A DNA stretch of 64,000 bases from Calditrichia bacterium (GTDB taxonomy: Bacteria; Calditrichota; Calditrichia; JAJRVZ01), in assembly GCA_963796965.1 (NCBI GenBank), contig CAWCNS010000008.1, positions 64,001 to 128,000 on the forward strand. Reading direction: 5' to 3'. Under the pieces are notes generated by a model that saw only the letters and a program-made list of their open reading frames with translations, was not told the origin of the DNA and made no database searches. Shown here in pieces: positions 29,303 through 39,854 of this stretch. Position 1 is the first letter of the stretch. Each line of letters starts with the position of its first letter. The translations under genes were made by a program, and so were the position numbers.

Positions 29303-32300
29303 TTAATCTGTCAACTGCAGATTTACTTTCCCGACTATCTCCATACCGGGCATGATCTTCTTCCGCTCCCAATCATAATGCCGGGCCAGGAAGACATCCG
29401 CCCCGCCCGTATCATAATTGGCTATGAGCAAACGACTCATACCATCGGCTATCCAGGCACGGATATGCTGATTTCCATCGGAATTTACCCGCATCCCCTG
29501 GCCATCTTTGTCTGATAATTTTGCATAGAAGATTGATTTGCGGGTGGCCCTGAAATCATTACAGCCCATGGGATGGTAATCATAAGCCCAGGCCTTTTTG
29601 GGTTCCTGGCGAAAATCTTTAATTTCACCGGCACCATCCGGGAATGCAACCGCCACCCCACGCGTCCGGCCAATATGATCATCGGGATAATAGGACCATA
29701 AGGATTGCCTCTCCCATTCTAACGTTTGGAATTCCTCACCCAGATCCATTACAATCCCGATCTGCCGGGGCTGGACTTCTGATTTTGATTCGAAATCATA
29801 GGTGATGGTAAGATTTCCTTCTCCGTAAAAGTGATAGGTGTAGCCGCCTTCCGCCTCCTTGTAAGCACCCTCCACTTCAATTCTAATTTCGCCTTCATCC
29901 TGATCGGAGGTGACCGACTCCGGTTCCCAGTTGGAACATCTGTCATTAAAGGGAGTTATTTCACGGCTATGTTCCGTGGAGCATGGGCCGCCGATCAAGG
30001 GGAGCATCATTAAACGCGGTCCGCCTCTGATAATCTTTGTGCCGTTTTTTATCCCCTCTAAAATCTTACCGCTCTCTTTATCAATTTTCCAACTTACTTT
30101 ATTTCCCGTAACCAGGATATAATCGGAGGTGGTTTTTAGTGTAAGATTGCCCGATCCCGGCTTAGCGGCTTTTTTTCTTGCACTTTTTGACACGCCAACC
30201 GGGAATTCAAAACGATCCACCATAACCCCGCGTTGGTCATTAAAGATGAGGGTTAATACCTCTCCCTCATCTACCTGATCTTTTAGTTTAATACGTAGGA
30301 GACCTTCCACTCCAGGTGCCACATCGGTGAGCGCCTTTCCCTGCTGATTTCCCACCTGCCATTGAATATCCAATTCGGACAGGTTGGTATAGGTATACCG
30401 ATTTTCTACTTGTAGCGTACCCACCATACCGCTACCTGAAAATTCGATCTTCTCTGAAAGGATACGTACGGGTGAATAGACTTTTTTCACATGCCAGTAT
30501 TCCGGTTTTTTGCGGCGCCAACCGTCAATTGGTCCCCATTCACCATAGCCAATGGCTTTCCCCGATGGTAGTTCAAATACATCATCGATGCCGGACCATA
30601 TGGCACCACCCAGACAGCCCTTGCTTTTGTACATATTATCCCACATGGGCTTTAGAGCAAAACCATAATAATCCCGCACACCAGGATCGGTGATGATTTC
30701 CTGACGGTTATAGGTATTCAGATGACAATATTCGCCAAAAACAATCGGGCGTTTAAAATTTTCGGCCCGTTTGGGACCCTCAGGACCGGGATAATGAATG
30801 TTGGCTACCGGCATTCTTTGACTGCCATAATTGTTATAACCGCCCCAGGCCTGATCATGAAAGGATTTGGGTCGGGATGGATCGAGAATATTAGCCAAAT
30901 CGGCCGCCTTGTCCCAGTTTCGCGTCCAGATCGATTCATTGGCCATGGACCAGATGATCACACTGGGATGGTTATGATAATACCTTATGGTCTCCAGGAT
31001 ACCCTGATTAAGGTGCTGGGAGAGGGCCGCCGCCTGGGGGCTGCGTTTTTTCCAGGTGGAATTGGCATTATGCCCGATCCAGACAAAAGGGGCTTCCAAC
31101 TCAACAAATAAGCCCAGGGAATCGCAATATTCAATAAACTCTTTAGCCGGTGGATAATGGGAAGTACGGATATAATTCATATTGGCACCCCGGAAGAGAT
31201 CAGCATCCTTATACCATAATTCCTTTTTTAAACTGCGCCCTAAAACAGGATGAACTTCATGACGGTTGATGCCTTTGAGTTTTATGGGCTTTCCATTGAC
31301 AAAGACCTGGTTATCACGTACCTCTACCTCTCTGAAACCAATTTTCTGGGCGATACTTTCCAATGGTTTTTCACCATTCATGAGGGTTGTGGTGAGGGTA
31401 TAGAGATTTGGATGTTCCGATTCCCACGATTTAATTTTACTGACCGGGATTTCAATTTTGAAGAGATCCCTATCCCCTTCTGGTATATCGCTTTGCTCGT
31501 AGACCTTGACGATATTACCTGCCGGATCCTCTAATTGAAAATTTAGACTTAATTCTTCGGCCGGGTATCCATCCGAATAGCCAATACCACTGACTACCCG
31601 CAACCGGGCGTTCTGATAGTCCTTATCCAATTCCGTATTCACATAAAATTTATTAATAAATGTAAGCGGTTTGGCAAATAGAAATATCTTGCGGGTAATA
31701 CCCCCCATTTGATGGGCAGCGTATTGGGTGCCGCTGGCCAGCGTGTCCGCCAGGGTTTCATTTTTTACCAGCAGGGCTATCAGGTTCTTTTCACCTGGTT
31801 TTAAATAATCGGTAACATCAAATTCAAACGGGGTAAACCCTCCCTCATGTTCGCCCACTTCTCTTTGATTGATAAAAACTTTGCCCTCAGAATAAACCGC
31901 ATCGCAGCGTAAGATGATCCGATTTTGTTTCCAGTCGTCGGGAACTTTAAAGGGAAGATAATATCCGGCATCAGCTATTGGGTTCAACTTCAAATCCCTG
32001 CATCACCCATTCACCGGGTACCTGGATAGTCGACCAGTTGTTTAGATCGGGAGAACTCTGCTTCCAGAAGTCTGGTGTGGGTTGATTGTTAAAAAGCCAC
32101 TCACCATTCAGGCTCACCTGCGTATTTTGCACACCTGATACTTTTGTTGGTACAGGCGTAAAATGAAGGGAGTTTAAAAAGACTTCGTTTTTTGCGATGG
32201 TAAACTCACTTTGGCTCTCCTTTGTGAGTGCACGGACTTTGATAAACGCGTCCTGCACTTCGCACGCTTTTTCATCTATTTCCAATGAAAACTTTCCACT

Positions 32301-32942
32301 TTCGTCCGTTTGTGCACTCCCAACCTGTTTTTCTCCGATGATAGCCTGCACCTCAATGCCGGCCATGGGTTTCTGTACATTGATATCCTCTACCTCACCG
32401 CGTAAGTTTCCCTCAAAATCACCTGAGACGTCAATAACCATATCGGGAGATAATTCTTTCCGATCGGACCATAACTCAATTGTTGAGACTACTGCATTAG
32501 GACCCTCAATCTTCTCCCATATGAGATCGATTTCTCCGCTCTCATACAGGTCAGCCGGAACATCTACCACATAGCTGGCTGCTTCTTTATTGGAAACATC
32601 AACCCGTTCTTGAACAACAGTATCATTGATAAGAAATTTTTGGGAGCGTTTTTTTGAATCAGACATATAGGTTACACGAACTTTGTAGGCTGCATCTTTG
32701 TACAACCCCTTTATTCTGAATACAACTTTGTTGTCATGGGCAACCGTTCGCAGGGGTGAATCCAGAGGGATGAGATCTTCCCCGATTTCATCAGGCGAAA
32801 ATTTCCAATTTTGTCCTTCAATCAGATGAGGTTGTTCTTCCGGTTCACCACAATTATCCCGGGTGACCAGGTAGTAGCCGTCTGGTATTTCGCTATTTTG
32901 CCCCATAAGCATTCCTAATATCCAAATAAGACTGATTATCAT
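29303..32942 (-). CDS. GH2 beta-galactosidase-family protein with extended N-terminus; frameshift at ~31978
   Basis: ORF 31971..32942 ends SLNGEW..IQVPGEW; ORF 29303..31993 has HEGGFTPF, KGINRHE, RTSHYP, WSMANE, GEYCH, GGAIW. Confidence 0.88.
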
Positions 32943-32987
32943 AATTTTCCTCTATGCTATTGACTTGTTTTATTCGCGCCACATTTT

Positions 32988-33205
32988 TGAAAAGAGTATC
33001 ACGAAGGACGCGAAGATTTCACGAAGATATACTAAGTTTTTTTAGACAGGATCACAGGATTAACAGGATTTCTTTTTAGTATTTTTGGTTTTGGATTGTG
33101 GATTTTGGAACAGCCAAACGTCCTAAAATCCAAATTCCGAATTCCGAATTCCAAAATATATTATCCTGTAGATCCTGTGATCCTGTCTAATTCTATTTCG
33201 TGATA
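32988..33205. repeat. Nested composite inverted-repeat element, copy 1
   Basis: Outer CACGAAG shell; 28-bp inverted repeats 33042-33069 / 33163-33190 (26/28); inner heptamer inverted repeats TTTTGGA / TCCRAAT. Confidence 0.88.
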
Positions 33206-33222
33206 GTAAAAAATGACCACTA

Positions 33223-34803
33223 TCAGGATAATTGACCGAACACAATATAAATCCCCAGCATAATAATAGCCAGTATTATCCAACCCATCCAAATCCCTCC
33301 ACTCTTTTCAGATCCACTTCGATCCGGCTTCAATGAAAACATCTCCGAACGGTCGGTTTTATCCGTACTCAAGAGAGAGGTTATTATCATGATGAGAACC
33401 ATCAACAAAAATAAGAAGAAAGATAGTAAAAGGAAATGGGGCCATTCTGGAAATAATCCAAAGGTTATTTGTTTTACCTGACAATATCCGACCCCCAGCG
33501 AAATTGCCGCCCCATAGGTTAATACAGCAATTGCCGCTCTCTCCGATGCTTTTTTCCACGCCGTTCCAACTATAAATACCGCTGATATAGGTGGGGCGAT
33601 AAAGGCAATAATGCTTTGTAAAAGCGTAAATAGGTCTTTCGCTACTGTTTCCATGGCCAGGGCAAATAAGATGGCAATTATCGCAGCACCAACAGTGACC
33701 AATCGTCCAACTGTTTTTAATTTTTGCGGCGATGTACTTTTATATTTTGGTGAATAGATATCGAGAGTAAATATCGTACTAAAGGAGTTCAAACCGGAAT
33801 CTACAGAACTTATTAACGCTGCGACCAACACAGCAATAATCAATCCGGTCATGCCTATCGGCAAATAATTTGCCACCATAAATACAAAAGCCTCATCGGG
33901 ATTATTCAAATCCGGATGCAGAATAAAACAAAAAATACCCGGAAGCATAAAAAGGAAGGGTGTCAGTATTTTTAAATATCCGGCAAACAAGGCGCCCCGC
34001 TGTCCTTCCACCCTGTTTTTGGCTCCCAAAACCCGTTGAACAATGGTCTGATCTGTACAAAAAAACCAAATCCCCATTACGGGATATCCGAGTAAAATCG
34101 CATACCAGGGATAGGGTGTATTATCAGACTGGATCAAGGACCAGTAATCTGCCGGTACACCTGCGATCACTCTCTCCAAACCCCCAATCTCCAGAAAGGC
34201 AATAACAACCAGAACAGTTGAGCCGATGATGATCAATATGGTTTGGAATGAATCGGTGATCATCACCGCCAGCAAGCCCCCCATGGCCGTAAAACTGGTG
34301 GCAATAATCATCAGGAATATAACGGATGCCCAGGTTGGCCAACCCATAATCTGGCCAAATAGCAGACCGCCCGCATATAAGGTGCCACCCAGCCAAAGGA
34401 TGACAATGGTAAATAAGGAGTAATAGGAGAAATACGTATACGCTGTCTCCCCATAGCGCTTCTTTATAAATTGGGGAAGGGTGCTGATCTTGGTTTTACT
34501 ATAAAGTGGAATAAAAAGCATGGCCAGTAAAAATAGAAACACCCAGGCATACCATTCGAAACTGGCTGCAACCATTCCAGAAGAATAAGCGATCCCGGCG
34601 GCACCAATCAAACTGGACGGACCAATATTTGTGCCCCATATGGAAAGACCGACCACAGGCCATTTAAGGCTTCGCCCGCCAAGAAAAAGGTCATTGGCTT
34701 CTCTGTTTTTAAAACTCACCCACATTCCAATTGCGACGAGAACAATCAGATAGATTGCAATCACCAGAAAATCAAGACTATGAAGTTTTGTATTTATTTC
34801 CAT
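33223..34803 (-). CDS. Sodium:solute symporter (SSS, SLC5-like sugar transporter)
   Basis: FLGGRSL, GGLLAVMITD, DQTIVQRVLGAK, AALISSVDS; about 14 hydrophobic segments. Confidence 0.92.
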   Translation of the reverse strand: MEINTKLHSLDFLVIAIYLIVLVAIGMWVSFKNREANDLFLGGRSLKWPVVGLSIWGTNIGPSSLIGAAGIAYSSGMVAASFEWYAWVFLFLLAMLFIPLYSKTKISTLPQFIKKRYGETAYTYFSYYSLFTIVILWLGGTLYAGGLLFGQIMGWPTWASVIFLMIIATSFTAMGGLLAVMITDSFQTILIIIGSTVLVVIAFLEIGGLERVIAGVPADYWSLIQSDNTPYPWYAILLGYPVMGIWFFCTDQTIVQRVLGAKNRVEGQRGALFAGYLKILTPFLFMLPGIFCFILHPDLNNPDEAFVFMVANYLPIGMTGLIIAVLVAALISSVDSGLNSFSTIFTLDIYSPKYKSTSPQKLKTVGRLVTVGAAIIAILFALAMETVAKDLFTLLQSIIAFIAPPISAVFIVGTAWKKASERAAIAVLTYGAAISLGVGYCQVKQITFGLFPEWPHFLLLSFFLFLLMVLIMIITSLLSTDKTDRSEMFSLKPDRSGSEKSGGIWMGWIILAIIMLGIYIVFGQLS

Positions 34804-34873
34804 ATTAAAAATCCATTATGGCTCTCTATTGTAATGTCCATTCACAGATGCCCACTACAATAGACAGGCAATG

Positions 34874-36820
34874 TCAATCTATCACAATTTCATCTACAAA
34901 AAGCCACGCTTTGTCACCGGCACCCATATGCCAGTGGGGACATTTTTTTATATTTTTTGCTATCACCCGTACATACCTGCCACGCATCGCTTTTTGTTCC
35001 AGGGTAAAATTTTTAATGATCGTTTTTCCAGACTTCTTGTTTACTTGACTTCTGGAATAAAACTCCCGCCATTTTTTTCCATCATCAGATATGAGAAAGG
35101 TTATTTTTGACGGGAGGAATATCCATGATTTCTGGTTTTGCATGAATCCAACCTCGATTCGTGTGATCGATCTAATCTCACCCATATCAACAACCGCATC
35201 AAAATCATTTTCTTCAAATCCTAACCAATCCCTGGATGTATGATCTAAATCACCACGATTAGAATCCTCCAGGGTTAATATGCCCATACCGGCATACCTC
35301 TCCGATGGGGTATTCTTTAAAACAATACTTTTATACTTTCCCTGTATATCATAAGTGATCATAAAATCTTTGAATTGTAAAGGATCCGTATCAGAATTTA
35401 ATTCCAGATTAATAACCCGAGAGAATAATGAGATCTCCTCTTCCCCTACCTCTAACGAAAGCCCCTTATCTGAAGGGGTATAGTTTAAAGAACCACCTTT
35501 ATTCTTCGAGAGACCTTTTATCAATCCGCCCGGAACGGGAATGTTAAGTTTGGCTGGTGTTGGATTTAGCACATGGATATAAATTCTATTCTTTTGAAAT
35601 GTGGAGGCGGTTAAATTAGTTGTTAAAAATGGTCCGCCATCAGTTTTGTAAATACTGTTTCCATTTTCCAAAAGCCACTTACCTGCTCCCTGTAAAGACT
35701 TTACATCTTCCGGGTGAATGGTACCATCGGGTAAAGGCCCCGTATTGAGCAATAAATTAAAATTCCTGCTCGCCGCATTTATAAGCATCGACACAACCTT
35801 CTCAGCTGGATGATGGGCATCATCATCTGCCTGGCGGTATCCCCAGGCACCGGGCTGGAGCGTATCGCAAATCTCGTTATGTTTATCCTTATTTTTCATC
35901 CAGGCATTTTCGGCAATCATGGCACGTTCCTCATCATATAATTGACGAACACGATCAGCAAGGGAATGCCCGGAGCGTTCCGGGGCAGCAAAATCCTCAG
36001 TGCCGGTGGCTCCCTGTTTAAATGAGATCAGGGTTTGTGGCTGGAGTTTACGGATCATTGCATAGGACTCGTCGATGGGAAAAAGATCAGGTCGGCCATA
36101 ATACCCCATGATCGGATCAAACCAGATGCCGGCGATAGGACCGTAGTTTGTTAGAAGTTCTTTGATCTGTGTATGTACAAATTCGATATAATACAGAAAG
36201 TCCTCGTCTCTGCGCCATTTATAAATTTCTTTAGGATTTTCATATTTCGGGCGGGCGATCCGGTTGTATTGGCGGGGATAGAAATAGGGATGCCACCAAT
36301 CCAGGGCATAGGAATAATAAAGAAAAAGGCCTAATCCCTTTTTCTGGCATTGGAAAGATAAGTCTCCAACAAGATCGCGTTTAGCCGGAGCATTTACCGA
36401 GGAATAGTCTGTGACGCTTGATTCAAACAGGCAAAAACTATCGTGATGACGGGAGGTAATATTAACATATTTCATGCCGGCTTCAAGGGCAAGATCAGTA
36501 ATAAATTCCGCATCAAATTTATCTGCTTTAAATTCATCCTTCAACTTCACATAATTTCTAAGCGGGATGTCCTCCCGGTATTGGACCCATTCGCCCCGGC
36601 CGAGTAGACTTGAAATGCCATAATGCATAAACAAGCCATATTTAACATCCTTAAACCATTGCAAAGCCGCCCGATGGGGATCTTGATGATATAAGGAAGC
36701 ATACTCTTTTAAATAGGAAGGTACCGGAGCACCTGGAAAACAGGAGATACCGGCCAGGGATAATCCGGCACTCCCGGCAGCTACTATTTTTATAAATTCT
36801 CTGCGGGAGGTGGATTTCAT
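34874..36820 (-). CDS. GH29 alpha-L-fucosidase, Tat-exported, with C-terminal F5/8-like domain
   Basis: SRREFIK leader; KYGLFMHYG, GMKYVNITSRHHDSF, GIWFD, NLLLNTGP, WLFVDEI. Confidence 0.9.
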   Translation of the reverse strand: MKSTSRREFIKIVAAGSAGLSLAGISCFPGAPVPSYLKEYASLYHQDPHRAALQWFKDVKYGLFMHYGISSLLGRGEWVQYREDIPLRNYVKLKDEFKADKFDAEFITDLALEAGMKYVNITSRHHDSFCLFESSVTDYSSVNAPAKRDLVGDLSFQCQKKGLGLFLYYSYALDWWHPYFYPRQYNRIARPKYENPKEIYKWRRDEDFLYYIEFVHTQIKELLTNYGPIAGIWFDPIMGYYGRPDLFPIDESYAMIRKLQPQTLISFKQGATGTEDFAAPERSGHSLADRVRQLYDEERAMIAENAWMKNKDKHNEICDTLQPGAWGYRQADDDAHHPAEKVVSMLINAASRNFNLLLNTGPLPDGTIHPEDVKSLQGAGKWLLENGNSIYKTDGGPFLTTNLTASTFQKNRIYIHVLNPTPAKLNIPVPGGLIKGLSKNKGGSLNYTPSDKGLSLEVGEEEISLFSRVINLELNSDTDPLQFKDFMITYDIQGKYKSIVLKNTPSERYAGMGILTLEDSNRGDLDHTSRDWLGFEENDFDAVVDMGEIRSITRIEVGFMQNQKSWIFLPSKITFLISDDGKKWREFYSRSQVNKKSGKTIIKNFTLEQKAMRGRYVRVIAKNIKKCPHWHMGAGDKAWLFVDEIVID

Positions 36821-36876
36821 TGAGTTCTTTTCCTTATAAATATCAAATGTAGCCATAAATTATTCTGAATAGAAAT

Positions 36877-37195
36877 TGAAAAAGAGTATCACTCCCGAAG
36901 GGACTCCTTCGGAGGAAGAGCGCAAATTTCACACGAAGGTTCACGAAGTTTACTTAGACAAGATCACAGGATAAACAGGATAATTATATTGTATTTAAGG
37001 GGAGGGTGAGATCCTGAAATAAACCTGTCCTGACGACAGGTCAGGATTCAGGATGACTATTTTATCATTCTCCCTATTAGATGGCGGGAGTTCGGAATCT
37101 TAATACAAAAATCCTGTAAATCCTGTGATCCTGTCTAATAATACTTGCTTTTCTTCGTAACCCTTCGTGACTTCTTCCTGAATCTTTGTGATACT
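36877..37195. repeat. Nested composite inverted-repeat element, copy 2
   Basis: Same outer shell (aaagagtatcac..gaag / ctttgtgatact) and 28-bp inverted repeats 36954-36981 / 37111-37138 (25/28) as copy 1; the inner cargo is a different palindrome. Confidence 0.88.
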
Positions 37196-39515
37196 AAAAG
37201 GTGAAAACAAACTCCTGATTTATTCTTGTGGGCATAGTGATAACATCCTCCAAAATCACCCCAGGTTGTAGTTTCTCGCCATTTAAAAAGATCTTTTTAC
37301 CTTTGAATGGATTATTGAGCCTTAAGATCTGACCCTTTTCAGAGATTATTTTTACTTTTTCTACTCTTCCCTGTTTCCTGTCTGCACTGACCAGGAATGC
37401 CCCCTGTGCACGTAAATCATTAAAAGACAGATCCTCCCAGGCTGAAGGAATGGCCGGAAAAATAGTTATTACATCGGTATGACTCTGGAGGAGCATCTCC
37501 TGAATACCGGCGGCAAAAGCAAAATTCCCTTCCAATGTAAAAGGACGATAAGTTCCCTTTACGATGCCCCGGCCGGATTGATCGCCGTTTACATGAAAGC
37601 TGTTTTTCAGACAGAAACATTCCGCAAACAATCGTAAGGCTCTTGCTGCTTCTTCACCGTTAAATGCACGAGCATAAAGGTTTCCTAACCAGGAGAACGA
37701 ATACCCCACCCACTTATCATATCCATACTTTTCCAAAGAAGAGAGTGTATTCTGAATGAGTTTCCGCGATTTTTGGCCCTGTGACCAATCAATCAATCCC
37801 AGGGGATGATAGGCCATCAGATGAGAAAAATGGCGGTGGGAAGAGTCATAGGGATGACCCGGTGCAAACATCAATCCTCCCTCATCGATGGCATATTCAG
37901 GCCATTCTTCTGCTTTTTTTGACCATAGGGCTGCTTCATCTTTATAATTTAATTCCCTGGCCAGTTCAGCTGCTTTCTCAAACGTCCAGCGAATCAAAGC
38001 CAGATCAAAATTTGTTAGTTTAGCAAACCAGGCCTCGCGCGAATTATTAAATATTTCAGGGCTTGAACTGAGGGGCAACTTTCTTAATCCTGTATCGATA
38101 TCGATATCCGATAATTCATAAAGATAGGTGGCAACGTCTTTTATCCATGGATAGACACGGTTTTTTAAGAACGATTCATCCCTTGAATAGCGCCAATGCA
38201 AATAGAAGTGATGGCCTAACCAGGCTGAAACCGTAGGTCCAAATGAATATTGGATCCAGCCCCCCATAGGCTCGCCGGTTAGGGTCGATACACCCGGGAC
38301 ATTAAGTCCATTCGTGCCATAAAAGGATGTTGTATACTTTTCAAATGTTGGTTTATTTTTCCATAACCAATCAAGAAATCCTTCTTCTAATCCAAGATGG
38401 TTGCCTGTATAAGCGGGCCAATAGCTGAGCTGGGTATTCAGATCGTGGTGAAAATCACCTTTCCAGGGGGGTAATCTGCCATTATCAGCCGTCCATACCG
38501 ATTGGAGAGAGATGGGCGGTGCTCCCTTTCTTGCTGCCGATCCAAATTTATACATTTCCATATAGTACTGGTTTTGCAGCAGACTATCAGGAATTGTAAG
38601 GGAGGATTTTGTCCAATAGGTAAGCCACCAATCCTGATGTTCATTATAGGTATCCGAGAAGCCTTTCTTTAGTCCCTTTTTCACAATGGTTTCAGAATCA
38701 GACTGCTTTTTCCAACCGGGAAATTGCGAGGAGATACTCCAGCAACCCGTAAGGACATTGTTTACTTTTTCCCATTTTGTGTGGATTTGATATGTAAATC
38801 CACCCCAACCTTCCTGGTTATAGGTTAGAGAATTTTTAGAATAAAGTATCACGCCCTCAGGGTAACCTAACCGCCTCAGGTCCTGTCCTGTGACAGGATT
38901 ATCTACCCCGGAATCCTCTTTTAGATTATAGGGAGGATTAAGAAGGGCTATCCGGATACTATCACGGAGTCCTTCAAAACGATACCAGCCTTGTGATTTT
39001 GTCGCATGAACAAAGATTGACAGCTGAACACCATTTTTCCATTTTACTTCACATACAGCATCGACCAAACGCAATCGCACATATTCAACTTCCCCCAATT
39101 TCCGGATAGCAAACTCCAAAGCGCCTGCAGGAATCTTAGAAGGGGCCGGATCCCGATCATAGGGCCGGTCGAAATATTCCTGGACCTTACTATAATTTTC
39201 GTTTTTCCATTGCTGATACACCCACTTAAAATTCCATTCGGGTTTATCCAGGTTTGCCATTGGTCGAAGATCCCAGAGATCAGCTCTGTTTAGGGATATG
39301 CGAAGATTCTCGCCATTCTGCCAGATCAGGGCACCGAGCATCCCATTGCCAAGAGGGATGGCCTCATCCCATCGATCGGCCAGGGCATTAAACCGTAGTC
39401 CGTATTTATCCGAAGGCAGGTTTATTGGCATCTCCCCGGGATACGCAGCGTTCAAAAAACCAAAGACAATCAAAAGTATTACTGGGTAATACCTACTATT
39501 CATATCTGCCCTCAT
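37194..39515 (-). CDS. GH95-family alpha-L-fucosidase
   Basis: WDEAIPLGNG, WKGDFHHDLNTQLSYW, SSSPE, HRHFSHL, TLEGNF..GIQEMLLQS. Confidence 0.88.
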   Translation of the reverse strand: MRADMNSRYYPVILLIVFGFLNAAYPGEMPINLPSDKYGLRFNALADRWDEAIPLGNGMLGALIWQNGENLRISLNRADLWDLRPMANLDKPEWNFKWVYQQWKNENYSKVQEYFDRPYDRDPAPSKIPAGALEFAIRKLGEVEYVRLRLVDAVCEVKWKNGVQLSIFVHATKSQGWYRFEGLRDSIRIALLNPPYNLKEDSGVDNPVTGQDLRRLGYPEGVILYSKNSLTYNQEGWGGFTYQIHTKWEKVNNVLTGCWSISSQFPGWKKQSDSETIVKKGLKKGFSDTYNEHQDWWLTYWTKSSLTIPDSLLQNQYYMEMYKFGSAARKGAPPISLQSVWTADNGRLPPWKGDFHHDLNTQLSYWPAYTGNHLGLEEGFLDWLWKNKPTFEKYTTSFYGTNGLNVPGVSTLTGEPMGGWIQYSFGPTVSAWLGHHFYLHWRYSRDESFLKNRVYPWIKDVATYLYELSDIDIDTGLRKLPLSSSPEIFNNSREAWFAKLTNFDLALIRWTFEKAAELARELNYKDEAALWSKKAEEWPEYAIDEGGLMFAPGHPYDSSHRHFSHLMAYHPLGLIDWSQGQKSRKLIQNTLSSLEKYGYDKWVGYSFSWLGNLYARAFNGEEAARALRLFAECFCLKNSFHVNGDQSGRGIVKGTYRPFTLEGNFAFAAGIQEMLLQSHTDVITIFPAIPSAWEDLSFNDLRAQGAFLVSADRKQGRVEKVKIISEKGQILRLNNPFKGKKIFLNGEKLQPGVILEDVITMPTRINQEFVFTF

Positions 39516-39624
39516 TTTATTAAAAAATTTTCCTTACGCTTAGGAACAACTCCCTGGCCTGGATTTTATAGAAATTTAAACAGCATTATTATTGCTTGAA
39601 TTATGGTAATATTTTTTTATTTAT

Positions 39625-39828
39625 TTTCGTGAACATTGTGAATACTAAGTGTGCTTAGTGTTTATTTTTTTGCTCTCGCAGAGCCGCAAAGACGCAAAGA
39701 TTTTTTTTTTCTTTTGTCTTTTTTCTTATTACTCTTTGTGGACTTTGTGCCTTCTTTGAGTTCATTGTGGTTATCTTTTTTCTCTCACAAAGTTGCAAAG
39801 TCGCAAAATTCAAAGAAAAACACGAAAT
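39625..39828. repeat. 9-mer periodic repeat cluster
   Basis: cgcagagccgcaaagacgcaaag; ctttgtggactttgtgcc; cacaaagttgcaaagtcgcaaa. Confidence 0.7.
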
Positions 39829-39854
39829 ACATTTGGACAGGATGACAGTAAAAA

